DNA of 64,000 nucleotides from the NCBI GenBank assembly GCA_964371335.1, contig CAYJMC010000005.1:3418-67417 (forward strand), written 5' to 3'. Positions within the stretch are counted from its first letter, which is position 1. The number at the start of each line of letters is the position of its first letter. The notes under the pieces are model-generated. The model was not told the DNA's origin. It saw nothing but the letters and a program-made list of their open reading frames with translations, and searched no databases. Shown here one piece after another: positions 30,369-39,069 of the stretch. A program made the position numbers and the translations under genes. Origin of the DNA: an uncultured Anaerolineaceae bacterium (GTDB taxonomy: Bacteria; Chloroflexota; Anaerolineae; Anaerolineales; UBA11579).

Positions 30369-31823
30369 ATGAAGTTGAGCGCCGCATTCTTTTTGCTCAT
30401 TGTTTCAACTGGCGCTTGCACACTTCTACAGGCCGGCTCTGTTTCCACGAACTTGCCGCCTGCGGAAATCCGGATAATTTCGCCGACACCTGCTCAGGAA
30501 GCTACGCTTCCCACCTCAAACGAAATCCCTTCTAGAAGAGAAAGTAAGTCGGCAGATTACGTTTTGGACGTCCTATTTGATTACGCTGCGCACCGCCTCC
30601 AGGTTAGCGAAGAAATTAGTTACACGAACAACAGTACAGACCCAATGGGCGAGCTGCAATTGATAGTGGAAGGCCTGCGGTCCGGGGCGGGCTTCGATCT
30701 TATTCGAAGTGAAGTTATCGCGGGCGCCGAATTGGGTGAACCGGCATTATCCGGCGGAGCATTGCATATTCCCTTGCTCGAGCCGCTTGGCCCCGGCGAA
30801 ATCATCCATTTTGAGTTGAGCTATGAACTCGTGCTACCGGCGGGTGCGGGAACATTGAGCTGGACTGATCGGCAGACGAACTTCATCGACTGGTATCCCT
30901 ATATACCCCCCTACATCAGCGGCCAAGGTTGGTTGGTGCATACTCCAGCTCCAGTGGGCGAGCACACGGTTTTCGAGAGCGCGAATTTCAAGGTGCGCAT
31001 CGAGGTGATTAATGCGCCAGCCAGTTTGCAGATCGCGGCTCCCGCTCCCGCCGAGGTGGATGGCACAACCTTTGCCTACGAGTTGCGCAACGCCCGCCGA
31101 TTCGTCTGGTCTGCGAGCGGCCAATATGAGGTGATGGAAATGGAATTCGGGGATACGCCCATTTCCATTTATTTTTTCAACGAGCATCGCGATGCCGCAA
31201 AAGCTTCTTTGAATGCGGCAAGGCAATCGCTGGAACTCTATTCAGATCTATACGGCGCCTATCCGTACGAAAGCCTGGCTGTCGTAGATGCCCAGTTCTT
31301 CGATGGGATGGAATCGGACGGATTGTTTTTTCTCGATCAGAGTTATTTCCTCGAGTACAACTACAGTCCGCGCAACTACCTGACCGCGCTAACCGCCCAT
31401 GAAATAGCTCACAACTGGTGGTTTGGTCAGGTAGGCAATGACCAGGCGGTGGAACCCTGGCTGGACGAAGCTTTGTGCATTTATTCCGAGGTGCTTTTTT
31501 ACGAAAATACTTACCCCGAGATGGTCGACTGGTGGTGGGAATTCAGGATAGACCGCTTTCGCCCACAGGGGTCAATAGATAGTTCCATCTACGATCATTC
31601 GAGCTTTGAGTCGTACGTTCAGGCCGTATACATGCGTGGCGCGCAGTTCCTGCAGGCGGTGCGAACCGCCATTGGTGACGGGCCTTTCTTCGCATTTCTG
31701 CGCGATTTTATAACCAGCGGTGCAGGGCAAATTGTGAGTTCCGAAGATTTTTTCGCTACGTTGAAAAGGGAGAGTTCTATAAATTTAGAACCCATTATTT
31801 CGGAATATTTCAGTAGTCGGTAG
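30369..31823 (+). CDS. Secreted M1-family zinc metallopeptidase
   Basis: Signal peptide/lipobox-like STGAC. HEIAHNWWFGQV followed by WLDEAL (HExxH-x18-E). Confidence 0.85.
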   Translation: MKLSAAFFLLIVSTGACTLLQAGSVSTNLPPAEIRIISPTPAQEATLPTSNEIPSRRESKSADYVLDVLFDYAAHRLQVSEEISYTNNSTDPMGELQLIVEGLRSGAGFDLIRSEVIAGAELGEPALSGGALHIPLLEPLGPGEIIHFELSYELVLPAGAGTLSWTDRQTNFIDWYPYIPPYISGQGWLVHTPAPVGEHTVFESANFKVRIEVINAPASLQIAAPAPAEVDGTTFAYELRNARRFVWSASGQYEVMEMEFGDTPISIYFFNEHRDAAKASLNAARQSLELYSDLYGAYPYESLAVVDAQFFDGMESDGLFFLDQSYFLEYNYSPRNYLTALTAHEIAHNWWFGQVGNDQAVEPWLDEALCIYSEVLFYENTYPEMVDWWWEFRIDRFRPQGSIDSSIYDHSSFESYVQAVYMRGAQFLQAVRTAIGDGPFFAFLRDFITSGAGQIVSSEDFFATLKRESSINLEPIISEYFSSR

Positions 31824-31831
31824 ATCGCGCG

Positions 31832-32455
31832 TTATTTGTATAACCCCCGCTGTCGGATTATTTCGCAAACCGCTCCCGGCAGGTAAAAACGGTAGTGACC
31901 ACCCTGATGGACGCGTTCGCGGATTTCACTAGAAGAGATTTCCAGAAGAGGCGCGTCCACAAATTCAAGTTTGGCGCTGAGGCCGGGCAAGGCGCGTTCC
32001 AGGTCATCGAGGTCGATGCGGGTGCGCGGGCGGCGCATGACACCCAGCGCGGAACAAGTGGCCAGGAAATCCAACGGGCGGTGCCAATCAGGCAGGTCGC
32101 GTAGCGAGTCTCCGCCAATTAAATACACAAGGCCCTTGCCCGCGTGCTCATCCGCCAGCAATTGCATCGTGTCCACCGCGTAATGCGGGCCAGGGCGGTC
32201 AATTTCAACGCGAGACAATTCAAAAATACCCTGGCCTTTGATCGCGGCTTCCACCATTGCCAGGCGGTCTGCAATAAGGCTGAGCCGGCGCCCGCGCTTA
32301 TGCGGCGGGTCTGCAGTGAGCACGAAGAGCACCTTTTCCAAACCTAGCTGCGCCTGGGCTTCGGCAGCTAGGATGAGATGCCCTAAATGCGGGGGATCAA
32401 AAGTACCGCCAAACACACCGAGACGTGCTGTGCCCGCTGCGCTCATTCCTGCCAT
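31832..32455 (-). CDS. nadD: Nicotinate-nucleotide adenylyltransferase
   Basis: GVFGGTFDPPHLGHL motif and ISSSEIR motif. Confidence 0.92.
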   Translation of the reverse strand: MAGMSAAGTARLGVFGGTFDPPHLGHLILAAEAQAQLGLEKVLFVLTADPPHKRGRRLSLIADRLAMVEAAIKGQGIFELSRVEIDRPGPHYAVDTMQLLADEHAGKGLVYLIGGDSLRDLPDWHRPLDFLATCSALGVMRRPRTRIDLDDLERALPGLSAKLEFVDAPLLEISSSEIRERVHQGGHYRFYLPGAVCEIIRQRGLYK

Positions 32456-33714
32456 TCCAATTCGTACTCACCGATCTTGACTGTATCCCCCGATCGAACA
32501 CCCGCCGCGCGCAAGGCTACGTCCACGCCGAGTTGTTGCAGCATGCGCTGGAAACGGCGCACGGATTGGTCATGCTCCCAATAGGTCATGGCCGCGGCAC
32601 GCTCCAGGCTGACGCCGCGCAGTCGCCAATCAGCCCCTTCACGCTCCACGTGAAACTCGCGGGGATCAGCCTCAGGCCGGTAAACGGGTAATGCCTCTCC
32701 CTTCACAGGTTCCGGCAGGGCGGCCAGTTCGCGGGCAGCCCGAGCGAGCAAGGCGCGCACATCTTTACCTGTTGCCGCGGAAATCGCCATGGGCGCATAG
32801 CCTTTTTTCTTCAAAGCCTTCTCTATTTGGGGCCAACGCGCTTGGACATCTGGAAGATCTATTTTGTTCAAAGCAACAATTTGCGGCTTGGCTGCCAGGC
32901 CGGGATCGAACAAGGCGAGTTCGCTGTTGATTTGAGCAAAATCCACCATTGGGTCCTTGGAGAGACCGTCCAGTAGATGAACTAGCACGCGGGTGCGCTG
33001 GATATGGCGGAGGAAGTCGTGACCCAGACCCTTGCCGGCATGAGCGCCTTCGATGAGGCCCGGAATATCCGCCAACACGAGAGTCGTGTCAGCGTCTAGA
33101 GCCGCGACACCCAAATTGGGCAATAGGGTGGTGAAGGGGTAATTGGCAACCTTGGGTCTGGCGTTGGTGAGCGCAGCCAACAGTGTGGACTTTCCGGCGT
33201 TGGGAACGCCAACGATGCCGATGTCAGCGATCAGCTTTAATTCGAGGCGAAGGGTTTTCTCTTCGCCCGGCGCGCCTTTTTCGGCGATGCGCGGCGCCTG
33301 GTTGCGGGAATTGGCAAAGTGCTGGTTGCCGCGGCCGCCGCGACCGCCTTTGGCGACTTCCAGCATTTGCCCCTGCTCCGTTAAATCGCCCACCAACTCA
33401 GAGGTGCCCGAGTCGTAAACCAATGTGCCAGGTGGAACGCGAAGAACGAGATCTTCAGCCCCGCGTCCGCTACGCTGGCTAGGTCCACCCGGTTTGCCGT
33501 CGGGGGCGACAAAATGCTTTTTAAAACGAAAAGTATGCAAAGTCCGCATGGACGGATCGACTTCAAGGAAAATGGAGCCGCCGCGGCCGCCGTCGCCGCC
33601 GTCGGGGCCGCCGCGAGGCACGTACAGCTCGCGGCGGAAATGCACCATGCCGTCGCCCCCTTTGCCGGATCGCACGGTGATTTCAACTTCGTCGAGGAAT
33701 TGAGACTCGGGCAT
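32443..33714 (-). CDS. obg: GTPase Obg/CgtA
   Basis: Gly-rich Obg fold (GGDGGRGGSIF), G1 GVPNAGKST, G3 DIPGLIEGA, NKID, and a C-terminal OCT-like domain. Confidence 0.93.
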   Translation of the reverse strand: MPESQFLDEVEITVRSGKGGDGMVHFRRELYVPRGGPDGGDGGRGGSIFLEVDPSMRTLHTFRFKKHFVAPDGKPGGPSQRSGRGAEDLVLRVPPGTLVYDSGTSELVGDLTEQGQMLEVAKGGRGGRGNQHFANSRNQAPRIAEKGAPGEEKTLRLELKLIADIGIVGVPNAGKSTLLAALTNARPKVANYPFTTLLPNLGVAALDADTTLVLADIPGLIEGAHAGKGLGHDFLRHIQRTRVLVHLLDGLSKDPMVDFAQINSELALFDPGLAAKPQIVALNKIDLPDVQARWPQIEKALKKKGYAPMAISAATGKDVRALLARAARELAALPEPVKGEALPVYRPEADPREFHVEREGADWRLRGVSLERAAAMTYWEHDQSVRRFQRMLQQLGVDVALRAAGVRSGDTVKIGEYELEWQE

Positions 33715-33840
33715 TTTGGGGGATTATATCAACCGGCTCATTTGCGCCCTACTTGTGAAACCATTGTACGCATTTGCACAAACAATCAACTGATGATAAA
33801 GTTAGAAAACCTTGCCAATATTTCGCCAGGAGTGAAGCTT

Positions 33841-34458
33841 ATGGCAAAACAAATCCCGGATATCGTTATCGGTCGCTTGCCCATTTATCTGCGCGCGTTG
33901 CTGCAGATGAGCCAGGAAGGCCGCCAGGTAACCAGCTCGCAGGAGCTAGGCGAACGGCTCGGAATTTCCGCGGCGCAGATCCGCAAAGATCTCTCGCAAT
34001 TCGGCGAGTTTGGCAAACAGGGAACGGGCTACAACATCGAATTCCTTGCCAAACAGGTCAGGGAAATCCTCAACGTCAATCGCGTCTGGGACGTAGCGAT
34101 TGTCGGCGCTGGCGACATCGGCCGCGCCCTGGCAGGCTATAACGGCTTTAATGAGCGCGGCTTCCGCATCAGGATGATCTTCGACAATAAGCCGGAACTG
34201 ATTGGCTCTAGCGCTGGAGAATTTACCATCAAAGACAGCAAGGCCATGAAAGAAGAGATCCTGGCCGCAGGGATCAAAATGGCGATGATCGCCGTACCGG
34301 CATCACAAGCACAATCGGTGGCAGATCAGTTGGTGGAAGCGGGGGTAAAAGCTATTCTGAGTTACGCGCCGGTAAATCTGGCTGTGCCGACGGGTGTGCG
34401 AGTGCAAAACATCGACCCTTCGATACATTTACAGCGGATGACGTATTACTTGGAATAG
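33841..34458 (+). CDS. rex: Redox-sensing transcriptional repressor Rex
   Basis: RLPIYLRAL wHTH N-terminus, FGxxGxGY segment (FGEFGKQGTGYNIEFL) and Rossmann VAIVGAGDIGRALAGY. ATG 33841 is preferred; the upstream part of ORF 33514.. is antisense to obg. Confidence 0.9.
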   Translation: MAKQIPDIVIGRLPIYLRALLQMSQEGRQVTSSQELGERLGISAAQIRKDLSQFGEFGKQGTGYNIEFLAKQVREILNVNRVWDVAIVGAGDIGRALAGYNGFNERGFRIRMIFDNKPELIGSSAGEFTIKDSKAMKEEILAAGIKMAMIAVPASQAQSVADQLVEAGVKAILSYAPVNLAVPTGVRVQNIDPSIHLQRMTYYLE

Positions 34459-34555
34459 CTTCCTATCCTGTATAAAAGATAATATCGAATTCAAGAGGCG
34501 AGGAATTCTTATAATCAAATCTTTCCACATAAATAAATTCGGTCACGCGCCAAAA

Positions 34556-35851
34556 TTATTTTCGACTTAACATCATCCCCGCCGCTCGTCTCCCGATCTC
34601 TACGGCAAAATTCGTTCCTCGGTCCCAGGGGTACACCTGGCTCATGCTGGCGAAATAGAGTCCAGGGATTGGTGTGCGGATGTCGGGAATGTTCTTCGAA
34701 TGGTCGACCAATGGCACAGGTTGGGCGTAATTCGTCTTGTGCACCCACACTTGCTTAACCCAGCTCGGCTGGAAATGCGGGTTGATCCGCCGGATGCCGG
34801 GGAGGAAGCGTTTGAGCAACTCCTTGTCCGTTAAAGTGAAATACTCGTGACCTGCCTCCAAATAATCGCCGCAGTAAACGATATGATCACCGCCGAAATA
34901 CTTCGGGGAGAGGTAATTAGTGTGCTCAACCAGGGCCAAAAATGGGAACCCCGCGCTCTTGGGAATATTGAACCAGTAATACCCCTGCTCCGAGATTTTC
35001 TGCGTGAGCACCAGGGTCATCACCACTGCGCCCATGCTCTTGAGTTCCAGCAGGCCCCGCAAATAATCATCAGGCAGGGCAGGCGCCAGCTTGGCCAGCA
35101 AATTCGGTGACGTGGTCACCAGCACCTGGTCAAATGTCTGGGTGTCTTGAAGTCCTAATGTCTTGACCTCCAGACCTTCAGGCTTCTGCACTATGTATTG
35201 AATCGGGGTATTCATTTTGAAGCTCACCCCTATGGTCTTCAGCCGTTCGGCGAACTTGTCGGCAAAAGCCTGGAAACCGCCGACAAAAGTCCCCAGCCGC
35301 GTGGTGCGCGCCTTGATGCGCGCCCACAGCCAGGCCATATTCACGTCTTTCGCATACGGACCGAACTTACCTTCTACCAACGGGAGCCACATGCGCTCGT
35401 AGACGCGGTCCCCCGCCCACTTACGCATCCAGGCATCTACAGTGGTTTTCTCCAGTGGCTTCCAGTTATTACTTAATCGCAGGTAAAGCCCAACCAATCC
35501 AAATCGAATCTTGTCTAATCCCCACCCGAGTCCTGGAAACATAAGCGCGGCGGGAATGGAATCGAAGGGATAGAAACGCCCATCGTGATACATCACCGTA
35601 TAAGGCCGCGGGAAAAGCACCTGGTCACTCCAACCCAGCTCCTCGATGAGCCCCAGCATGTGTTTGTCTGTGGCGAACCAGTGATGATAGAACTTCTCCA
35701 CCCACCAGTCCCAATTGGGTTGCTTGAAGCCCGCTGCCAGGCCGCCCACCTGCGGCGCGGCTTCGTAAATCGTGACTTCGATGCCCGCCTGGGCAAGGTC
35801 GTAAGCCGCGGCCAGTCCGCCGAAGCCGGCGCCGATCACCGCCACCTTCAC
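34556..35851 (-). CDS. NAD(P)/FAD-dependent oxidoreductase (amine oxidase / phytoene desaturase-like)
   Basis: VAVIGAGFGGLAAAYDL dinucleotide fold. The GTG start overlaps the upstream stop (GTGA). Confidence 0.8.
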   Translation of the reverse strand: MKVAVIGAGFGGLAAAYDLAQAGIEVTIYEAAPQVGGLAAGFKQPNWDWWVEKFYHHWFATDKHMLGLIEELGWSDQVLFPRPYTVMYHDGRFYPFDSIPAALMFPGLGWGLDKIRFGLVGLYLRLSNNWKPLEKTTVDAWMRKWAGDRVYERMWLPLVEGKFGPYAKDVNMAWLWARIKARTTRLGTFVGGFQAFADKFAERLKTIGVSFKMNTPIQYIVQKPEGLEVKTLGLQDTQTFDQVLVTTSPNLLAKLAPALPDDYLRGLLELKSMGAVVMTLVLTQKISEQGYYWFNIPKSAGFPFLALVEHTNYLSPKYFGGDHIVYCGDYLEAGHEYFTLTDKELLKRFLPGIRRINPHFQPSWVKQVWVHKTNYAQPVPLVDHSKNIPDIRTPIPGLYFASMSQVYPWDRGTNFAVEIGRRAAGMMLSRK

Positions 35852-36879
35852 GTTGCCGCCCCCTCTGCAGGGATTTCGCCCCACTTGATCCCCTCACGCG
35901 CCAAGTAATACGCTCCCAGCGCGGTGATGGGCAGCCACAAGGCGATATGCAACACGAAAGTATAGCTGCTGGCTAGCGCGTTAGGCACTCCGTATGCCTC
36001 CAACACGGCGATTCCTGGCGCATCGAAGGTGCCGATATATCCGGGTGCCGAGGGAATGGTGGTAGCCAAATTCACCACGCCATTCATCAACATCAACGCA
36101 AAAAAACTAACCTGGAAATCGAAGGCGTGCATTACGAACCAATATTTTCCAGTTTCAAGCAGCCAGATGATGAGCGATGTGAGGAAGACCATTAAGATTT
36201 CAAGTGGCGACCGCAGTGATTCCAGGCCGCCGAGGAAGCGAGTGCCAACCTCCATCACCGGCTTGCGAAGGCGCGCTGGGACGAGGTGCGCAACAAACCA
36301 AGTTAGTAGCCCTTCGCTAACCCCGGGGAACATCGCCGCCAAAAGGAAAATAAGCAAAGCTCCGAAGAAGAAAATGCTTCCCCAGAAGGCAATCTGTTCG
36401 ATGCTGAGTCCGGAGGTAATGCCCGCGCCGCCAGTAAGCTGTGCCAATTCATTCAGATTAATGAAGATGAAAGCCAGCATCACCACCCCATCGAAAATGC
36501 GCTCAACGATGACCGTCGCCAGCGACGCCGAGATGGGCACGCCCTCCTTACGCTTGAGTACCACCGCGCGTAAGACCTCGCCTGCACGGGCAGGATAAAT
36601 GTTGTTCCCCATGTAGCCAATGGCAACGATGGGGAACATGGCCCGCGTGGAGATGGCCTTCAGCGGTCGCAGCAGGTAATGCCAACGCCAGGCCCGGGCC
36701 CACACCGCCAGGAAATAGACGGCCACACCGGGGAACAGCCACCAGTAGTTGGCGCTCCGTACCTCGACCCAAAAGGCATCGAAGTCAAGGTCCTTGATCA
36801 CCCACCACAGGAAAAAGACCGAAATGGCAAGCCCAAGCCAAAATTGCCAACGTCTCACGGGATAAGTATACAAGTTCAC
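35848..36879 (-). CDS. Flippase-like / lysylphosphatidylglycerol-synthase TM-region family membrane protein (UPF0104)
   Basis: About 8 TM helices; general resemblance to the UPF0104 family. Translationally coupled to the FAD oxidoreductase. Confidence 0.65.
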   Translation of the reverse strand: MNLYTYPVRRWQFWLGLAISVFFLWWVIKDLDFDAFWVEVRSANYWWLFPGVAVYFLAVWARAWRWHYLLRPLKAISTRAMFPIVAIGYMGNNIYPARAGEVLRAVVLKRKEGVPISASLATVIVERIFDGVVMLAFIFINLNELAQLTGGAGITSGLSIEQIAFWGSIFFFGALLIFLLAAMFPGVSEGLLTWFVAHLVPARLRKPVMEVGTRFLGGLESLRSPLEILMVFLTSLIIWLLETGKYWFVMHAFDFQVSFFALMLMNGVVNLATTIPSAPGYIGTFDAPGIAVLEAYGVPNALASSYTFVLHIALWLPITALGAYYLAREGIKWGEIPAEGAAT

Positions 36880-36998
36880 AAGTAAACCAGTGGATAAAGC
36901 CGTATTTTCAGGGAAAAAAGCTGAAAGTCGAAGTGGAGCCCGGCTACTTCAACAAGCGATACATATGCAAAAAGAATAAGTGGGGAGTACCGAAACTT

Positions 36999-37598
36999 TT
37001 ATACCAGCGGCCAGGGTATGGCGCGTTCGCCCTGCGGGGGAACGGGGAAATGCGGCGTGGCAAGGATGGCGGCTAAGCGCCCGTCCACGGCGGCCAGTTC
37101 ATCATACGTGAGATAGGCGCCCAATTGACGCCGTAATTCGTTATTCGCATTCAATTGATCCCTCAACGCTTTCATATCACCCAGCAAATGATCAGGAATC
37201 GCGTCCCCGGCAAAATCCCACACCACCGTTCGCAACTTGGGTTCCGCGTGAAAGCAAATGCCGTGGTCGATCAGCCACAGCTTGTCGCCATCCAACAGGA
37301 TGTGTCCCCCTTTGCGGTCAGCGTTGTTCACGATGAGGTCGAATAGCGCCACCGGTCGCAGCCGCTGGCGCGTGGCCTCATCGAATGTGAAATAGTGTTG
37401 CACTGGATCATGCTCTACGCGTAGTTGCAGCGAACCCGGCCCCAGTGGCCCGTCCTCGCGAAAGACCGTGGGCGGCACCAAATCCCATCCCAGCGCTTCG
37501 CTCACCAGGTAAGCCGCCACCTCGCGCCCGGCCAACGTTTCTGCCGGAAAATCCCACAGGGGTCGCTCGCCGCGCTGCGGTTTATAAACTGCCTCCAA
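36999..37598 (-). CDS. SCO1664-family PI3/PI4-kinase-like protein (coordinates are the canonical-start ORF; conserved coding continues upstream to about 37739)
   Basis: VYKPQRGERPLWDF, NNADRKGGHIL and IDHGICF kinase-like motifs. The same frame stays open 47 codons upstream and encodes GTIEIKGQFTWGSNFTFLAKV without any ATG/GTG/TTG. Confidence 0.8.
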   Translation of the reverse strand: MEAVYKPQRGERPLWDFPAETLAGREVAAYLVSEALGWDLVPPTVFREDGPLGPGSLQLRVEHDPVQHYFTFDEATRQRLRPVALFDLIVNNADRKGGHILLDGDKLWLIDHGICFHAEPKLRTVVWDFAGDAIPDHLLGDMKALRDQLNANNELRRQLGAYLTYDELAAVDGRLAAILATPHFPVPPQGERAIPWPLV

Positions 37599-37738
37599 CT
37601 TCTTGGGTCCGTCACCTACCTTTGCCAGGAATGTGAAGTTTGACCCCCAGGTGAATTGGCCTTTTATTTCTATGGTCCCCTTTTCTAGTATTTGAAATAA
37701 ATTATTAGATTTGCTAATGGTCCACGGGACTTGGACTA

Positions 37739-37770
37739 TTCATCCCTTATCCCTCATCCTTCATCCCTTA
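37739..37770 (-). repeat. G-tract GGGATGA-type element, copy 1
   Basis: The minus strand reads TAAGGGATGAAGGATGAGGGATAAGGGATGAA, lying between the DUF3090 stop and the SCO1664 coding region. Confidence 0.6.
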
Positions 37771-38301
37771 GTGTTTATGCCCATTTTTCCGCGGACAAAA
37801 ATGCCCCGCCGGATCCATGGGTTGTCCGCATTGGGGGCACAGCGGCCGGCCGCGGGAAGCCAGCTCCATGCCCCAATTGGCCATGGCGCGGATTTGAGAT
37901 CGGGTGCACCAAAATCGCACTACGCTCAAGTCATCGTTGGACTTGCCCTCTTCTTCTGCCAGTCCCCGCAATTCGAGAGCGACGAGATCGGTTTCCGGGT
38001 CATAGCCGAGACCTAGTTGGCCGACGCGAAACAGCGGCTCCACCGGCGGGTGGACGTGCATTTGGTCTTCGTCGTAATCGGCAGAGGCATTGGGCAGACC
38101 GGCATACTTGGTGCTCACATCGGCAAGAAATTGCTCCACGCCCACAGCCAGGCTCTGGATCTGCGTTTTTTCGCAGACCAACGTGATGGTGCGATCTTCT
38201 TTCCAGGCCTGGATGTAAAAGACGCGCTTCCCCGCCGGGCCGATGGCATCGGTGGTGATATGACCCACGGGGCGAAGTTCAATGGGTTTGTTTTTCGCCA
38301 T
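37768..38301 (-). CDS. DUF3090-family protein with C-terminal zinc ribbon
   Basis: N-terminal pattern ...AIGPAGKRVFYIQAW... and C-terminal CPQCGQPMDPAGHFCPRKNGH. Sits between the phosphomutase and kinase-like genes, as in the actinobacterial trio. Confidence 0.8.
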   Translation of the reverse strand: MAKNKPIELRPVGHITTDAIGPAGKRVFYIQAWKEDRTITLVCEKTQIQSLAVGVEQFLADVSTKYAGLPNASADYDEDQMHVHPPVEPLFRVGQLGLGYDPETDLVALELRGLAEEEGKSNDDLSVVRFWCTRSQIRAMANWGMELASRGRPLCPQCGQPMDPAGHFCPRKNGHKH

Positions 38302-38349
38302 TGTCAGAAAAAGGTAGGGCGAGTCAGTATATCAGACCGCCATCTCAAT

Positions 38350-38949
38350 TTATTTTGGCTTCCAGTTCAGTCGCAGTAATCGGGTTTCGTTCTTGCCTAC
38401 GATCAATGTGCTCACCGAAGCAGTGTCCACCGTCAATCGTTGAAAGAGGTCTAGTGGCAAACCAATGTAATGGGCGATGACCAGCTTCAATGGATCCGCG
38501 TGTCCCACCATGGCAATGTGATCCTTGGCTTGATGGCGGGCGCACAGGGTTTCCACTTCGGTGACCAGACGCGCCTGTTGCTCTACCATCCATTCACCCG
38601 CCGGGAACCTGAACTTCGCCGGGTTTTCCTGCAGTTGCTTCCAGCGCTTGTCGCGCCTTAGCCGCCTCACGCTTTGTCCCTCCCATTCACCCAACGCAGT
38701 TTCAATGAGATTGGGGCGTTTTTCGACGCGCAATCCATGCGGCTTGGCAAGGATTTGCGCCGTTTCCACTGCCCGGTCAAGTGGGCTGCTGTACACCGCC
38801 TTTAGCGGGATACTCTTCAGCGCCTCTGCCAGCGCCGCCACCTCGGCATGCCCTTCTTCGTTGAGATGTACGCCGGGCAGCCGGCCAGCCAGCCGCTGCT
38901 TCTTTGCATAATCGTTCATTCCGTGACGGATGAGGTAGACAGTTGGCAT
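38350..38949 (-). CDS. Histidine phosphatase family protein (MSMEG_4193-type probable phosphomutase)
   Basis: RHG catalytic motif in VYLIRHGMND and a second catalytic His in MVGHADP. Context with DUF3090 and SCO1664 genes. Confidence 0.8.
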   Translation of the reverse strand: MPTVYLIRHGMNDYAKKQRLAGRLPGVHLNEEGHAEVAALAEALKSIPLKAVYSSPLDRAVETAQILAKPHGLRVEKRPNLIETALGEWEGQSVRRLRRDKRWKQLQENPAKFRFPAGEWMVEQQARLVTEVETLCARHQAKDHIAMVGHADPLKLVIAHYIGLPLDLFQRLTVDTASVSTLIVGKNETRLLRLNWKPK

Positions 38950-39069
38950 TTGTGAATATTCTACATTGATAACCTTAGTCCGCCTCGTTATGAACTTGCT
39001 TTCCAGAAAATGAATATTCGGAGTTGATGTTTAAGCTTACGGCTAACAGCTGATAGCTAAAGGCTGTTT

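Noticed and set aside
33753-33782. Possible Rex operator upstream of rex (TTGTGAAACCATTGTACGCATTTGCACAA), plus a TTGTGAATATTCTACA string at 38950
   Set aside because: The left half-site TTGTGAA is perfect, but the matching right half is about 15 nt away instead of the 4-nt spacing of the TTGTGAA-N4-TTCACAA consensus I recall. The alternative 18-mer matches only about 10 of 14 defined positions. This is not enough to call.
33514-33840. 109-codon N-terminal extension of the rex ORF
   Set aside because: The extension is antisense to the obg coding region and Ala/Gly-rich. Rex family proteins begin close to the RLPIYLR helix, and an ATG at 33841 fits that.
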